From Candidatus Heimdallarchaeota archaeon (GTDB taxonomy: Archaea > Asgardarchaeota > Wukongarchaeia > Wukongarchaeales > JBHIFL01), in assembly GCA_046761065.1 (NCBI GenBank), contig JBHIFL010000056.1, positions 1 through 26,932 of the forward strand: 26,932 nt of DNA, read 5' to 3'. This document shows, one piece after another, positions 1 through 9,692 of this stretch. Position numbers and translations under genes: made by a program. Position 1 is the first letter of the stretch. Each line of letters begins with the position of its first letter. The notes beneath the pieces are model-generated. The model searched no databases. It worked only from the letters and a program-made list of their open reading frames with translations, and had not been told where the DNA came from.

Positions 1-59
1 AAAGGGAAGTGCCCCAAAAAGCCGCTCAGAAAAAATTTTACACATTTCTGTTAAAAATC

Positions 60-76
60 ATATAAACTATTTTCTT
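60..76 (-). promoter_or_regulatory. Candidate archaeal BRE-TATA promoter firing leftward out of the window
   Basis: Minus strand reads AAGAAAATAG-TTTATAT (purine-rich BRE-like run then TATA). The transcript would start near position 35 and its target is outside the window. Confidence 0.3.
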
Positions 77-254
77 AGACAAAACAGTTTAAACAGAAAT
101 TGCTATGATTAAATACATTATCTGTCACAATCTACTGTAGCTCAAGATTTTATGGAAATGTTCCAGAAGTGTTGTGACTTTTTACCTATGGTTTCATTTT
201 CCAAAAGATGTTGAAGCGGTTTAATTGCATTTAAGTATGAGATTCGCTGTCTAT

Positions 255-854
255 TTATGCTCTACTACTTTTTGAGTTTATCAGATCATGAAATACAAGC
301 AGAATGAAGAAAAACAACAAATAAAAAAGGTAAGAGGGCATAGTCGCTGTCCATAATCCATTGGATTCCTGTATTTGTTGTTGCAATGTGATTTTCCTCC
401 ATCCCATCTCAAAGCGCTCAATTCTACCATCAAAAGAATTAAAGACAATTGCAATTACTAGTTCAAATTGCTCTTCAGAAAAAGGGTAAAATAGTCCTAT
501 CGCAAATGGTCCAGTGATGTCTAACAAGATATGACTATATAGGAGAAACGCAACAAAAAGAAGGGAGATCCATCCAATTTGTATTGAGTATTGGTTTGAT
601 ACAGCTCCCAATCTCCTCCAACGCCATAAGATGATCCCCACGAAGAGAAAAATCGTGGGCCAAACTAATGAATGGGTGTAGGCGCGGTGTAATCCGAGGA
701 AAATGTCGAAATCAGGAAGAATTGAAAAGCTCAATATACTTAGGAAGAGAAATTTCCTTTTTCTGTTCTGAAGATAGATAGAGTCCTTGCCAAATTTCTT
801 GAGAAGAACCCAGCCAATAGTTCCTTCCAAGGCCAAGTGAGAAATTGTGTCCAC
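255..854 (-). CDS. Membrane-bound metal-dependent hydrolase (YdjM / LexA-binding inner-membrane family)
   Basis: Motifs MDTISH, LPDFD, HRAYTHSL, HILLD and GLFYPFS plus several TM helices. GTG at 854 is preferred over TTG at 866 because GGTGA precedes it and MDxxxH is the usual family N-terminus. Confidence 0.85.
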   Translation of the reverse strand: MDTISHLALEGTIGWVLLKKFGKDSIYLQNRKRKFLFLSILSFSILPDFDIFLGLHRAYTHSLVWPTIFLFVGIILWRWRRLGAVSNQYSIQIGWISLLFVAFLLYSHILLDITGPFAIGLFYPFSEEQFELVIAIVFNSFDGRIERFEMGWRKITLQQQIQESNGLWTATMPSYLFYLLFFFILLVFHDLINSKSSRA

Positions 855-962
855 TTGTTTCACCAATCAAACTAATTGGATCACTTGTTCTTTAAGGAAT
901 GGGATATTGGCTATTTAGAGTATTTTCGCTGGTGTCTTTATTGAGATCCGTTGTAGTTCAAT

Positions 963-1541
963 CTACCATATTTCTGGCTTACAGAGCAACTTCTTCAACT
1001 TCATATCAAAGAAATTGTTAGAGTGGACAGGGCTTATCACCCAGGCTGTGTCCGCGCCACGACCAGTCCCAGCAATGGCGATTATGTCTGACCCATCCAT
1101 TGGGATCAAATGCGCATCCGCGGCCATCACCGTTATTTCAACGCAAACTTTTGTGCCTTCACCAAAGAGACGGAGGATTTTTGCGAACAATTCAAGAGGC
1201 AGCCAAGTTGTCAATTCTTTTCGGACAGCCCGCTCAATCCCCGAGAAGGCATGGGAAGCGATCAGAATCTTGGCACCCTGCGTTTCAATTTGTTCTCTAT
1301 TCTCTGGTAAGAGTTCGATTTCTCCTGGTGCTCGAAAACCGGCATGGTGTGTAACTATAATTAAATTAAATTCACTCGGAGGAAAAACTTCACACGCTTT
1401 AACACCTGTTTGCCCTTGAGTAGAAGCAATGACAATTGTTCGAATGTTGTTGGCAACAGCGTATCTTTTTACCACTTCGAGAACTTTTTCTGTGTTTCTT
1501 TGATCTATATTCGCAAAGTAAAAAACTTTTTCTTCATTCAT
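963..1541 (-). CDS. Stand-alone pyruvate-kinase C-terminal alpha/beta-domain protein (MTH1675-like)
   Basis: Motifs YF...NT, IVIASTQGQTG, IIVTHHAGF, HAFSGIER, FGEGTKVCVEITVMAADA, IAIAGTGRGADTA and terminal CKP. Confidence 0.85.
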   Translation of the reverse strand: MNEEKVFYFANIDQRNTEKVLEVVKRYAVANNIRTIVIASTQGQTGVKACEVFPPSEFNLIIVTHHAGFRAPGEIELLPENREQIETQGAKILIASHAFSGIERAVRKELTTWLPLELFAKILRLFGEGTKVCVEITVMAADAHLIPMDGSDIIAIAGTGRGADTAWVISPVHSNNFFDMKLKKLLCKPEIW

Positions 1542-2191
1542 AACTTATCCCAAGGCTCCTTCCTTCTTTTGACTTTTTAAGAAAGTATCTTTTGTGAGAA
1601 AAAAGGAGTCATTAGATGTGTTCCTCATTATCCGAACTGGAGGACACAAAAACCCTTGATACAAAAAAATCCATGAAAAACTCCTAGTATAAGTTTGCAA
1701 ATATAATTTGGGGGTTGTATATGTTAAATGGTCTATATCCGATTAATTTCTATAGTTAAAGAGATTTATCCCTTAACGAGGAAGATTCAATCATCAAGAA
1801 CAGCAAACAAACCGTTGAATTATTATATTTTCTTTTCAAATGGGCAGTATTCACCTTAGGTTGAAATAAACCAAATCCAGGCAACCTCAATGGTCGGGGA
1901 ATCCTTATATTAGAAGAAAATCCGTAGAACAGGAAATTATAAAAAAAGCTGATTAGTGAACAGTTCATAATTTTTATTTACACTGTGTCAATGGCTCTAT
2001 ACATCATATGATAGAAAAAAGGTAGAAAGACAAAAAATATTAAGTTAAACAATCAACCGAGTAAATCCCAACACTGATTTCTTAATTCAATAGAAGTAAG
2101 AAAAGAATAATCAGCAATTAAATTAATTGAAGAAAATAGTGAGGTTACCATTCTGACATTTCCAATTTCCCTCAAAAAGGGCATTTCGAAG

Positions 2192-4264
2192 TTGAAAACT
2201 ATATTCGAGCGCCCTGATGTCACCCAAGAGCAATTTTACCATAAATTGTCTTTGATTCTAATAATGATCGCGAGTTTTTTCATTCGTATGATCCCTTATT
2301 GGAGATACGACCATTTACTCAAGGCGTTCGATCCTTACATTCAATTCGAGATAGCAAACCACATCTTGAATCATGGCTTCACAGATTGGGTGAACTGGGT
2401 AGACCAACAGACATGGTACCCAAATGGTCGAATAATGGGACAAAGCTCCTATATTGGTGTCCCTCTCAGCTCGGTAATCTTCTACAAGATCTTGCATGTA
2501 TTCAGGATAAATATTGATTTGATGACAATTTCATTCATTACTCCAGCGATCCTAGGAACCTTATCGGTTCTAGCAATTTATTTCCTGGGGAAAGAGGTTC
2601 AAGGTAAAAGAACAGGACTGTTCACAGCTCTCTTGTTGGGTGTAACTCCCGCGCATATTCAGAGAAGTATTACAGGCTTCTTTGATAATGAGAGTATCGG
2701 AATTCTTCTTCTAGTTGTAACTTATGTATTCTTTGTGCGTGGCCTTAAAACCAATAGCATGGTATATGGGCTTTTTGCAGGGATTACTCTTGGGTTTCTA
2801 GGCATAAGCTGGGGTGCTGCGAAATATGCCTTCGATTTTCTGGCACTTTACGTAATTGTTCTAATTCTCTTGAAAAAACATTCCACTCGTTTATTGGCGG
2901 CTTATGGTCCCTGTATCATTGTAGGAACAACAATCATCGCCATGATCCCCAAGATCGGGCCACAGATAATAACAAAGATTGATCACGCTTTCCCAATAGG
3001 GATCTTAATCCTATTAGCAGGTGTACTTGCCTATGAAGAGCTTGTTCAGACCACAGAAAAGCGTTCATCGCGTAAGTACACCCAATACTTCGCATTATTG
3101 GCAGGATTAGGGTTCACAGGGTTGATGCTTGCCCTTTGGGCCTTAGATATTGTGGGGGGGGTTGCAGGCAAATTTATTTCCGTCCTCTTTCCGTTCCTCA
3201 GAGAGGAACATCCCTTGATTGCAAGTGTAGCAGAGCATCTGCCTCTCAATTGGGCTAATATGTTCATTAACATTTATGTCATGACTTTTTTGATCCCAGT
3301 TGGTGTCCTCTACGCATTCCGACGCAGGAGAGAACTTGATATCTTTGCTCTACTCTTCACCTTGTCCAGTCTCTATTTTGCCAGCAGTATGGTTCGACTC
3401 CTGCTTATCCTTGCGCCTGCGGCCGCTCTCTTAAGTGGGATCGCACTCGACTCGATCATCACTCCCTTCGCCTTAGCATTCCAAGAACGGCTTACCCTTA
3501 GTAGGCGAAGACTCCGAGTCAGTGTGCATATTGGACGGGATTTCGCCGGCATTGCCATCCTCATCATCATGATGATGATGTTTTTCAACATCTGGCATGG
3601 CTTAAGATATACAAGTCGCAACCTATCCGCTCCCGAGATTGAGATCGCTTACGAAGTCAAAGGAACCCCGGAAACTGAATCCTTAGGAGATTGGCAAGAA
3701 GCTCTCGGCTGGTTACGCCTTAAAGGTCCTGAGACGATTGTCTTGAGTTGGTGGGACTATGGTTACTGGATCAGAGTTATGGGAAATGTCACAACTTTAG
3801 CAGACAATGCTACGGCTAATAGTACCCAAATTGGGAATATTGGAGCGTTCATGATCTCGACTCCAGACCTCTCGATAAAGATTGCAAAACTTTATGATGT
3901 CGATTACGTTGTTATCAACTTGGCAGCTGGTAATCTAAATGCGGGTTCGGATTTAGCAAAAGTTCAATGGATGATCAAGATCGGCGCAAAATACTCAAAT
4001 CTTGTGGATTTTGAGGTTACAGACTATTACATTGAGAATGCTACTCAACCCGAAGAGACCTTTACCGACAAATTCTGGAATTCCACCATTTATCAGCTGG
4101 CTCTCTATAATCTTGGCTCTCTCGTTTCTGAGATGCAAAAAGCTTATATAACGATGAAAAATGCCCCAATAGTCGATACCCTTCCCAAAGGCTTCAGGGA
4201 GGAGTATACGACCAAGAGCAATTGGGTTCGAATATACAGTGTTAATTACGATGACTTTGACTGA
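2192..4264 (+). CDS. aglB: Oligosaccharyltransferase catalytic subunit AglB/STT3 (eukaryote-like type)
   Basis: FDP acidic loop, WYPNGR, GFFDNE, IASVAEH, many TM helices, SWWDYGYWI (WWD at 3749), DNATANST and DLAKVQWMIKIG. The frame is open back to 2111, so the true start may be CTG at 2153. Confidence 0.97.
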   Translation: MKTIFERPDVTQEQFYHKLSLILIMIASFFIRMIPYWRYDHLLKAFDPYIQFEIANHILNHGFTDWVNWVDQQTWYPNGRIMGQSSYIGVPLSSVIFYKILHVFRINIDLMTISFITPAILGTLSVLAIYFLGKEVQGKRTGLFTALLLGVTPAHIQRSITGFFDNESIGILLLVVTYVFFVRGLKTNSMVYGLFAGITLGFLGISWGAAKYAFDFLALYVIVLILLKKHSTRLLAAYGPCIIVGTTIIAMIPKIGPQIITKIDHAFPIGILILLAGVLAYEELVQTTEKRSSRKYTQYFALLAGLGFTGLMLALWALDIVGGVAGKFISVLFPFLREEHPLIASVAEHLPLNWANMFINIYVMTFLIPVGVLYAFRRRRELDIFALLFTLSSLYFASSMVRLLLILAPAAALLSGIALDSIITPFALAFQERLTLSRRRLRVSVHIGRDFAGIAILIIMMMMFFNIWHGLRYTSRNLSAPEIEIAYEVKGTPETESLGDWQEALGWLRLKGPETIVLSWWDYGYWIRVMGNVTTLADNATANSTQIGNIGAFMISTPDLSIKIAKLYDVDYVVINLAAGNLNAGSDLAKVQWMIKIGAKYSNLVDFEVTDYYIENATQPEETFTDKFWNSTIYQLALYNLGSLVSEMQKAYITMKNAPIVDTLPKGFREEYTTKSNWVRIYSVNYDDFD

Positions 4265-4356
4265 TTCCCAAAGGTTTAGATTGTGTCGAACTATGTATTG
4301 TATGGTATTTACCTTGTTATGTCACATGGTCAGGTCAAAATAGAGGAAGCAGTCCT

Positions 4357-5343
4357 TTGAACAGGAGAGCAATAATAGTAGTAGCCAGAAGATCAACAAG
4401 AGCGGAAACATTCAAACGAATTTTACTAGAGCTAGGATTTAATGTTAGATTAGTCACCAGGAAGAGTAAACTAAGATATACTAATATTTTTTCGGAAATT
4501 TTGAGATGGAAGCCCAGCCTTATCCATATTTTGAATGGGCCAGAAATAGTTGGCCTTCCTTCTCTGATAGCGGCTAAGCTTATTGGAGCAAAAACAGTCT
4601 ATGACGTAAGATCAACCAGTTCTCTCAATATTGCAGAGAAATTTGGAAGAGGACTTTTGTTTGGTCTTGATTATCTGTTAGCAAAAAATTTGCCAAACAA
4701 GGCTGATGTTGTGATCACTCCTATACTCCAATACGCTCAAGAAAATCCTGAATGGGTTCTAATGCCGCAGGCAATTGATACGAGTGCCTTTAAGTCAGGA
4801 AGCCCTACTTCCAGAAATAGGAGAATAATTTTGTGTGTGAGCTCATTAACCCCAAAGGAAGGAATTGATACACTCATCAAAAGCATGGCGTACATTTCAG
4901 ACAATGTTGAACTGTGGATCATCGGGAATGGACCCGAAAAATCAAAATTGCAAACACTCGCAAGACAAGATCCCAGAATCAAGTTCTTAGGACATATCGT
5001 GCACTCTGCCATTCCGGATTATCTTAGTCAAGCATCTGTATGTGTTTTTGCTGCAAGAGGTGTGACTGTTCACAAATATGCCTCCTATACTTCTGTCCTG
5101 AAGATTGGAGAGTACTTGGCGGCACAAAAACCAATCGTCTCTTCAAATCTGGAAGCAATGATTCCAGCACGAGAATTTGGGGTGGTGTTTGCGGAGTCAA
5201 ATAATCCCCAAGACTTCGCAGAGAAAATAAAGGAGCAATTAAAGAACCCTACACCTACAAAAACTCCTATTGAAATTCGATATGATTATGTAAAACAAAG
5301 ATATCTAAATATAATCCAACACTTAGGATTTCGAGTTCTTTAA
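4357..5343 (+). CDS. Glycosyltransferase family 4 (GT-B)
   Basis: VYDVRS, SSLTPKEGIDTLIK, IIGNGPE, FLGHIVH, and LKIGEYLAAQKPIV (the KxxEYxA subtype of the GT4 motif). TTG start with GAGG upstream. Confidence 0.9.
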   Translation: MNRRAIIVVARRSTRAETFKRILLELGFNVRLVTRKSKLRYTNIFSEILRWKPSLIHILNGPEIVGLPSLIAAKLIGAKTVYDVRSTSSLNIAEKFGRGLLFGLDYLLAKNLPNKADVVITPILQYAQENPEWVLMPQAIDTSAFKSGSPTSRNRRIILCVSSLTPKEGIDTLIKSMAYISDNVELWIIGNGPEKSKLQTLARQDPRIKFLGHIVHSAIPDYLSQASVCVFAARGVTVHKYASYTSVLKIGEYLAAQKPIVSSNLEAMIPAREFGVVFAESNNPQDFAEKIKEQLKNPTPTKTPIEIRYDYVKQRYLNIIQHLGFRVL

Positions 5344-5380
5344 AATGTTCGTGAAATAAGTATTAGAATAGGTTAAATTA

Positions 5381-6406
5381 ATGAAGTTATTCGTTATAGT
5401 AGGTGGAAACCCCATTTTCATAAATGATCTACTAGAAGTGTGGCAAGAGAAATATCAAGTGAAAATTTTCAGCAAACATCGGAACACAGTAAATGTCGGA
5501 TTCCTGAAAAGAAAACTTCGAGCAACAATAAATATCATTAATATGAAGAAGGGAGAGATTCTAGCAAACTATAGTTGGAGTGACATCACTTTCGTGGAAT
5601 GGGCATCTTACGCGCTTAGAATAATAAGTGAAAGAGTTGATGGGAGTACCCCTATTATCACAAGATTGCATGCATATGAGGTGTTTTCCCCCATCTTAAA
5701 AAGGATTAATTTCAGCATAGTATCTAAAGTTGTACTAGTTTCTGATGTTATCAAACGAGAATTATTAAAACAAATTCCCGGGCTTAAAGAAAAAGTGATA
5801 ATAATACCTCATGGCATCCAAACTCAGAATTTCCATTTTTCAAACAAAAAACAAAGAACTCGAAAAATTTGTGTCATTTCCTCATTGATTCAACTAAAAC
5901 GAATAGATCTAATCATGAAAGCCTTAAAGTCGATCGATAATATTTCCTTACATATTGCTGGTGATGGCAGGTTACTTAACAATTTAATGAAATTGGCTCG
6001 AGAATTGAAGATCGATGGACGTACTTTATTCTATGGTCAGATCCCACACCATGAAATTCCAAGATGGCTATTAGACAAAGATATCATTATTAATGCATCT
6101 GATCGTGAATCATTTGCGGTTTCTTTGATTGAAGGGATGTCATTGGGTGTAATTCCTCTAATACGGAACTGGCCTGGGGCTGACGAAATCTATCCTAATG
6201 AGTTTATCCTTCCTTTCCGTGATCAAGAGTTTATTGATTCATTATATAAAAGGGTAGTAGAATTCTATAATCTTAGCGAAGATATAGTTGAAAAAAAGAG
6301 GGAGCAAGTGAGAATTATCGCTAAAGGAAAATTTTCATTTAATAAGCAAGTTGAAAGATATGATAAACTCTTTTCAGAAATCCTTTTAGATAAAACGCAA
6401 CAATAA
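5381..6406 (+). CDS. Glycosyltransferase family 4 (GT-B)
   Basis: FVEWA, RLHAYEVF, IPHGI, KRID, HIAGDG, and the E-x7-E motif RESFAVSLIEGMSLG. Confidence 0.92.
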   Translation: MKLFVIVGGNPIFINDLLEVWQEKYQVKIFSKHRNTVNVGFLKRKLRATINIINMKKGEILANYSWSDITFVEWASYALRIISERVDGSTPIITRLHAYEVFSPILKRINFSIVSKVVLVSDVIKRELLKQIPGLKEKVIIIPHGIQTQNFHFSNKKQRTRKICVISSLIQLKRIDLIMKALKSIDNISLHIAGDGRLLNNLMKLARELKIDGRTLFYGQIPHHEIPRWLLDKDIIINASDRESFAVSLIEGMSLGVIPLIRNWPGADEIYPNEFILPFRDQEFIDSLYKRVVEFYNLSEDIVEKKREQVRIIAKGKFSFNKQVERYDKLFSEILLDKTQQ

Positions 6407-6713
6407 AATCATTTTAAACTTTAATTAATGATTTATAGTTTTCAATTTTATTCTAGAACAAATCAAACAATTCTTATGAATAAAGTGTGATAGTTTTTAC
6501 TTAAGAAATTTCTTTCTAAACGGATTTCATTTCAAGTCACCATTATTTTTACTGCACCACAACAATACTAAACACCACAGAGAACCTAAATCGAATTTTT
6601 TTAATGGAAACAATTCGCAATTCTTATTTGTCTGCGGTTCCATACAAACGATCCATGATAACATAAATGGCAGGATTATCATCACCAGCAGTAGCTTTTA
6701 GTCAATTTGTAGT

Positions 6714-7223
6714 TTACCACTGGATAACAGTTTCATGAAAAAGTCGGTGAAGATGTTTCCAAAAGAAAATCCGTTCTCGAAAGCGTATTCGCCAATTTGT
6801 TTTCCATAAAATACGTTTTATTTGTTTAAATGCTTTAACATACCCCGCTTGCCCAAATTCATGCGACTGCATGGAAGGATCAACTACCCATTTGTGAATT
6901 CTTAAATTGGTATCTATGAATAATTCCCAAAAACGGGAGGGGAACGTAACATATCCATGCTTTCCAATGCGTTTAAGTTCTTTAAAAGCTAGAGTTGGGT
7001 TATCAACATGTTCAAGCACATGTGTCGACCAAACAAAGAAAAAAACACTCGTTTTGAATGGTAAATGTTGTATATCACAGCAAATAAATGGACGCCCGTC
7101 AAGTAAGACTGATTTGCCACCTCTATGTACCGTAGGATCAACATATAAATCACAAAGTATAGTAGCTAGTGGTAATGGATCTGCACCACTCCCAGCATCT
7201 AGAATATGTCGTTTTTCGCTCAT
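6714..7223 (-). CDS. Class I SAM-dependent methyltransferase (Methyltransf_11-like)
   Basis: Motif I ILDAGSG, then CDIQHLPFK and THVLEHVDNP..FKELKRIG. Confidence 0.88.
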   Translation of the reverse strand: MSEKRHILDAGSGADPLPLATILCDLYVDPTVHRGGKSVLLDGRPFICCDIQHLPFKTSVFFFVWSTHVLEHVDNPTLAFKELKRIGKHGYVTFPSRFWELFIDTNLRIHKWVVDPSMQSHEFGQAGYVKAFKQIKRILWKTNWRIRFRERIFFWKHLHRLFHETVIQW

Positions 7224-7233
7224 GATAGGTTTC

Positions 7234-7599
7234 TCATAACATAATTTTAGGTATGTCAGGGAGGAAATCTATGGAATAATTGTGACTTTGAAATTCTCCA
7301 ATTTTCATATCACTACATTTGTTATATCTATCCAATTATTGTTTTAACACTGAATTAACTCTGAATTCTTTCCATCTGTTGATATAAAGACCTATTTTAT
7401 AATTGATATCTAAATATTAATTTTCCATTAGTTAATATCTAAGATCTTCATTTTGTGATAATACATTCTAACAATAAACTCAATATTAAATAATGTTTCC
7501 AAATCTTGGATAGTTAAACCCCTGTAATCCAAAACATTTTCGAAATTTAGTTTTCCAATAATCTTAATAGTCAAACATGTTCATATTATTTTTCTCCAT
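7234..7599 (-). pseudogene. Decayed SAM-dependent methyltransferase (N-terminal half) with multiple stops and frameshifts
   Basis: Hand translation from ATG 7599 gives MEKNNMNMFDY*DYWKTKFRKCFGLQGFNYPRFG...YLDINYKIGLYINRWKEFRVNSV, then IDITNVVI*KL in a shifted frame. This resembles glycan-cluster methyltransferases of the pattern YWExRL..FxLxGVGY..LG / LDIGxGTGFYIxRWKELGV / GIDIT (recalled, not searched). Confidence 0.55.
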
Positions 7600-8062
7600 A
7601 AATTATAGTGATAAATAACGTTAAAGCGAATATGCGAATACAAAGCGTAAACACGCTTATGTGAAGCATATTAATGATTTCCAATGGCATCTCTTATCAA
7701 GATTTTCAACACATAATTCATAATAAAATGTCTTGTTAAACATCATCGAAGTGTGACAAAAGCGCAACGATTGAAGAGGAAAAATCAATTAAAAAGTAGC
7801 AAAATGGCAAAAATACGAAATAAGTAATGAGTAATGATAACAAATTTAGAAGTATTTTTATAGAGAACCAGAGTGAAAAAGGGGCAATTCCGCACGACTA
7901 AAATGTATACTCTAAAGCATGTATATCATGTTGCCAATACTTTCTTGTTTGTAAAAAAGGTCAAGAAGGAAATAAGGACTGAAATCGAAGTTCATCAATT
8001 TTTATTAGCAGTTTCTTTAATTCCTATTCAAACAGAAAAGTAATAGAACTAGTGAGAAAATA

Positions 8063-9568
8063 ATGACATATAACGAACAATTCAAGACAAAGACGATTAC
8101 AGGCACCTTTTTTCTTTCACTTCAACCAGTGAGCACTATGCTTATTGGTTTTCTCATAATTCATGCAATTTCAAAGAACATATCAGCAGAGGATTTGGGT
8201 ATTTTCTCGTTTCTTAGCATGTTATACAACTGGTACGCCAATATTTTCCTATTGATGATTCACGGGGCTATAACAAAATATGTAAGTGAATATATTGGGC
8301 GAGAAGACAAGCAAAAAATTAAGAATTTGATTAAAACAAACACAACATACATTTTACTAGTTGCTCCGGCAACAACTTTCATAGCTTTTTTTATGACTAT
8401 GTATATCTTTAACATTTTATTATTGAAAATTGACTTATTTACAATTTTGATCTTTTGTTTAGCAACTGGCTCAAGTATTGTTGTCATATTGATGACAGCA
8501 CTTGGACGAGGATTACAAAAACTTAGAAAAGTGGGAATTAATTCATTCATTGGAACAATTATAGCCCAGACAATTACTTGGGTTCTCCTTATTTCAGGGT
8601 TCGGAATATCTAGTTTGATTTTCAGATGGTTATTAGCTAACGTCATAATAAGCTTCTTACTAATAATCTCAGACAGATCTCTTATATCTTTGAAGGGGGA
8701 CTTTTTTCCCTTTAGAAAACTCGTTAATTTCGGGTTTCCAATCTTTCTTGCATCTATGATTGCATTTGTTGGTCAACAATCATTCCTCAGGATAGTACTG
8801 AAGAACTCTTTTTCATTAAATGAAGTCGGATATTTTGAATTCGGAATGAGGCTAAGTGTTCTTGTCAGTACATTGGCTCTTGGGTATCAATATGCTTTGA
8901 CTCCATATTTTGCAACCGATTATGGGTATGGAGGTGAACAACTCTTAAGTGAAAATCTCGGATGGACTATAAAATTTGGGTCATTTGTATTTTCACTAAT
9001 GATTATAAGTAGTGTGACTGTGGGAAAGATTATTTTCGATATTATATTCAATGAGTATCTCCCCGCTTATCCTTTTTTTGTTGTGTTAGTTTTTGGACTT
9101 TGGCCTGTATTGCTTTTTCGACCTTTCGCAGCTGTTTTAATGGCTGTGGGGCATCCTGAGAAGCTTTTAATTGCAAGAATAATTTCGACCATATTTGGTG
9201 TCCCTTTGGCATTTATTCTTATTAGGTTGGGCGCGTTGGGTATAACTTTAGTGTGGGTGTTCATGGACACAGTATTGAGTGGTTTAATTTTCGTTTTTAG
9301 TAGAAGATATGTTAAAATACGAGTTAACTGGAAAAAAACTCTCAAACTTCTGATTTCTGCTATTCTTGTCATTCCTGCTGTTATAGTTGAGATTCATTTT
9401 CTACAAGACTTTACTGCTCTTTTTGTGGTAATATTGACGAATCTTATTATATACATCGTTCTTGTAAGAACACTCGGTCTGATCACAGAAAGAGAAGTTT
9501 CAATTGCACTTGCTTTTATGCCTGAAGGTTTAAGGAAAAAAATTGCACGAATACTGAGCAAATATTAG
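8063..9568 (+). CDS. MOP-superfamily oligosaccharide flippase (Wzx/RfbX-like)
   Basis: 501 aa with roughly 12-14 hydrophobic segments; AEDLGIFS, ITKYVSEY, LVNFGFP, EVGYF and LMAVGHP patterns; located in a glycosylation cluster. Confidence 0.9.
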   Translation: MTYNEQFKTKTITGTFFLSLQPVSTMLIGFLIIHAISKNISAEDLGIFSFLSMLYNWYANIFLLMIHGAITKYVSEYIGREDKQKIKNLIKTNTTYILLVAPATTFIAFFMTMYIFNILLLKIDLFTILIFCLATGSSIVVILMTALGRGLQKLRKVGINSFIGTIIAQTITWVLLISGFGISSLIFRWLLANVIISFLLIISDRSLISLKGDFFPFRKLVNFGFPIFLASMIAFVGQQSFLRIVLKNSFSLNEVGYFEFGMRLSVLVSTLALGYQYALTPYFATDYGYGGEQLLSENLGWTIKFGSFVFSLMIISSVTVGKIIFDIIFNEYLPAYPFFVVLVFGLWPVLLFRPFAAVLMAVGHPEKLLIARIISTIFGVPLAFILIRLGALGITLVWVFMDTVLSGLIFVFSRRYVKIRVNWKKTLKLLISAILVIPAVIVEIHFLQDFTALFVVILTNLIIYIVLVRTLGLITEREVSIALAFMPEGLRKKIARILSKY

Positions 9569-9692
9569 CTAATAGAGAGAAATAGTGAATGATATTTCAG
9601 ACTCAAGTCAATAATGTAATTTTTGTCTTTAGAAAACAACTTAATCAACCATATACATTCGATATTGAATGAACGCGAATGAGGTAGAGATC

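Noticed and set aside
1015-1419. Plus-strand ORFs 1015-1419, 1100-1354 and 1110-1310
   Set aside because: Antisense shadows of the well-supported PK_C-like gene; no motifs.
1756-1968. 70-aa minus-strand ORF in the 650-nt divergent gap before aglB
   Set aside because: No recognisable motif or RBS, and other frames also gave nothing recognisable. Treated as intergenic, though a small gene cannot be excluded.
7234-7308. Mini-ORF MKIGEFQSHNYSIDFLPDIPKIML resembling a Trm112 C-terminus next to a methyltransferase
   Set aside because: Only 24 codons, no CxxC pairs, and better explained as the out-of-frame tail of the methyltransferase pseudogene.
7735-7900. Hydrophobic stop-free run of about 53 codons on the minus strand (SCGIAPFSLWFSIKILLNLLSLL...)
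   Set aside because: No start codon at its 5' end; T-rich DNA gives such runs by chance. At most a remnant.
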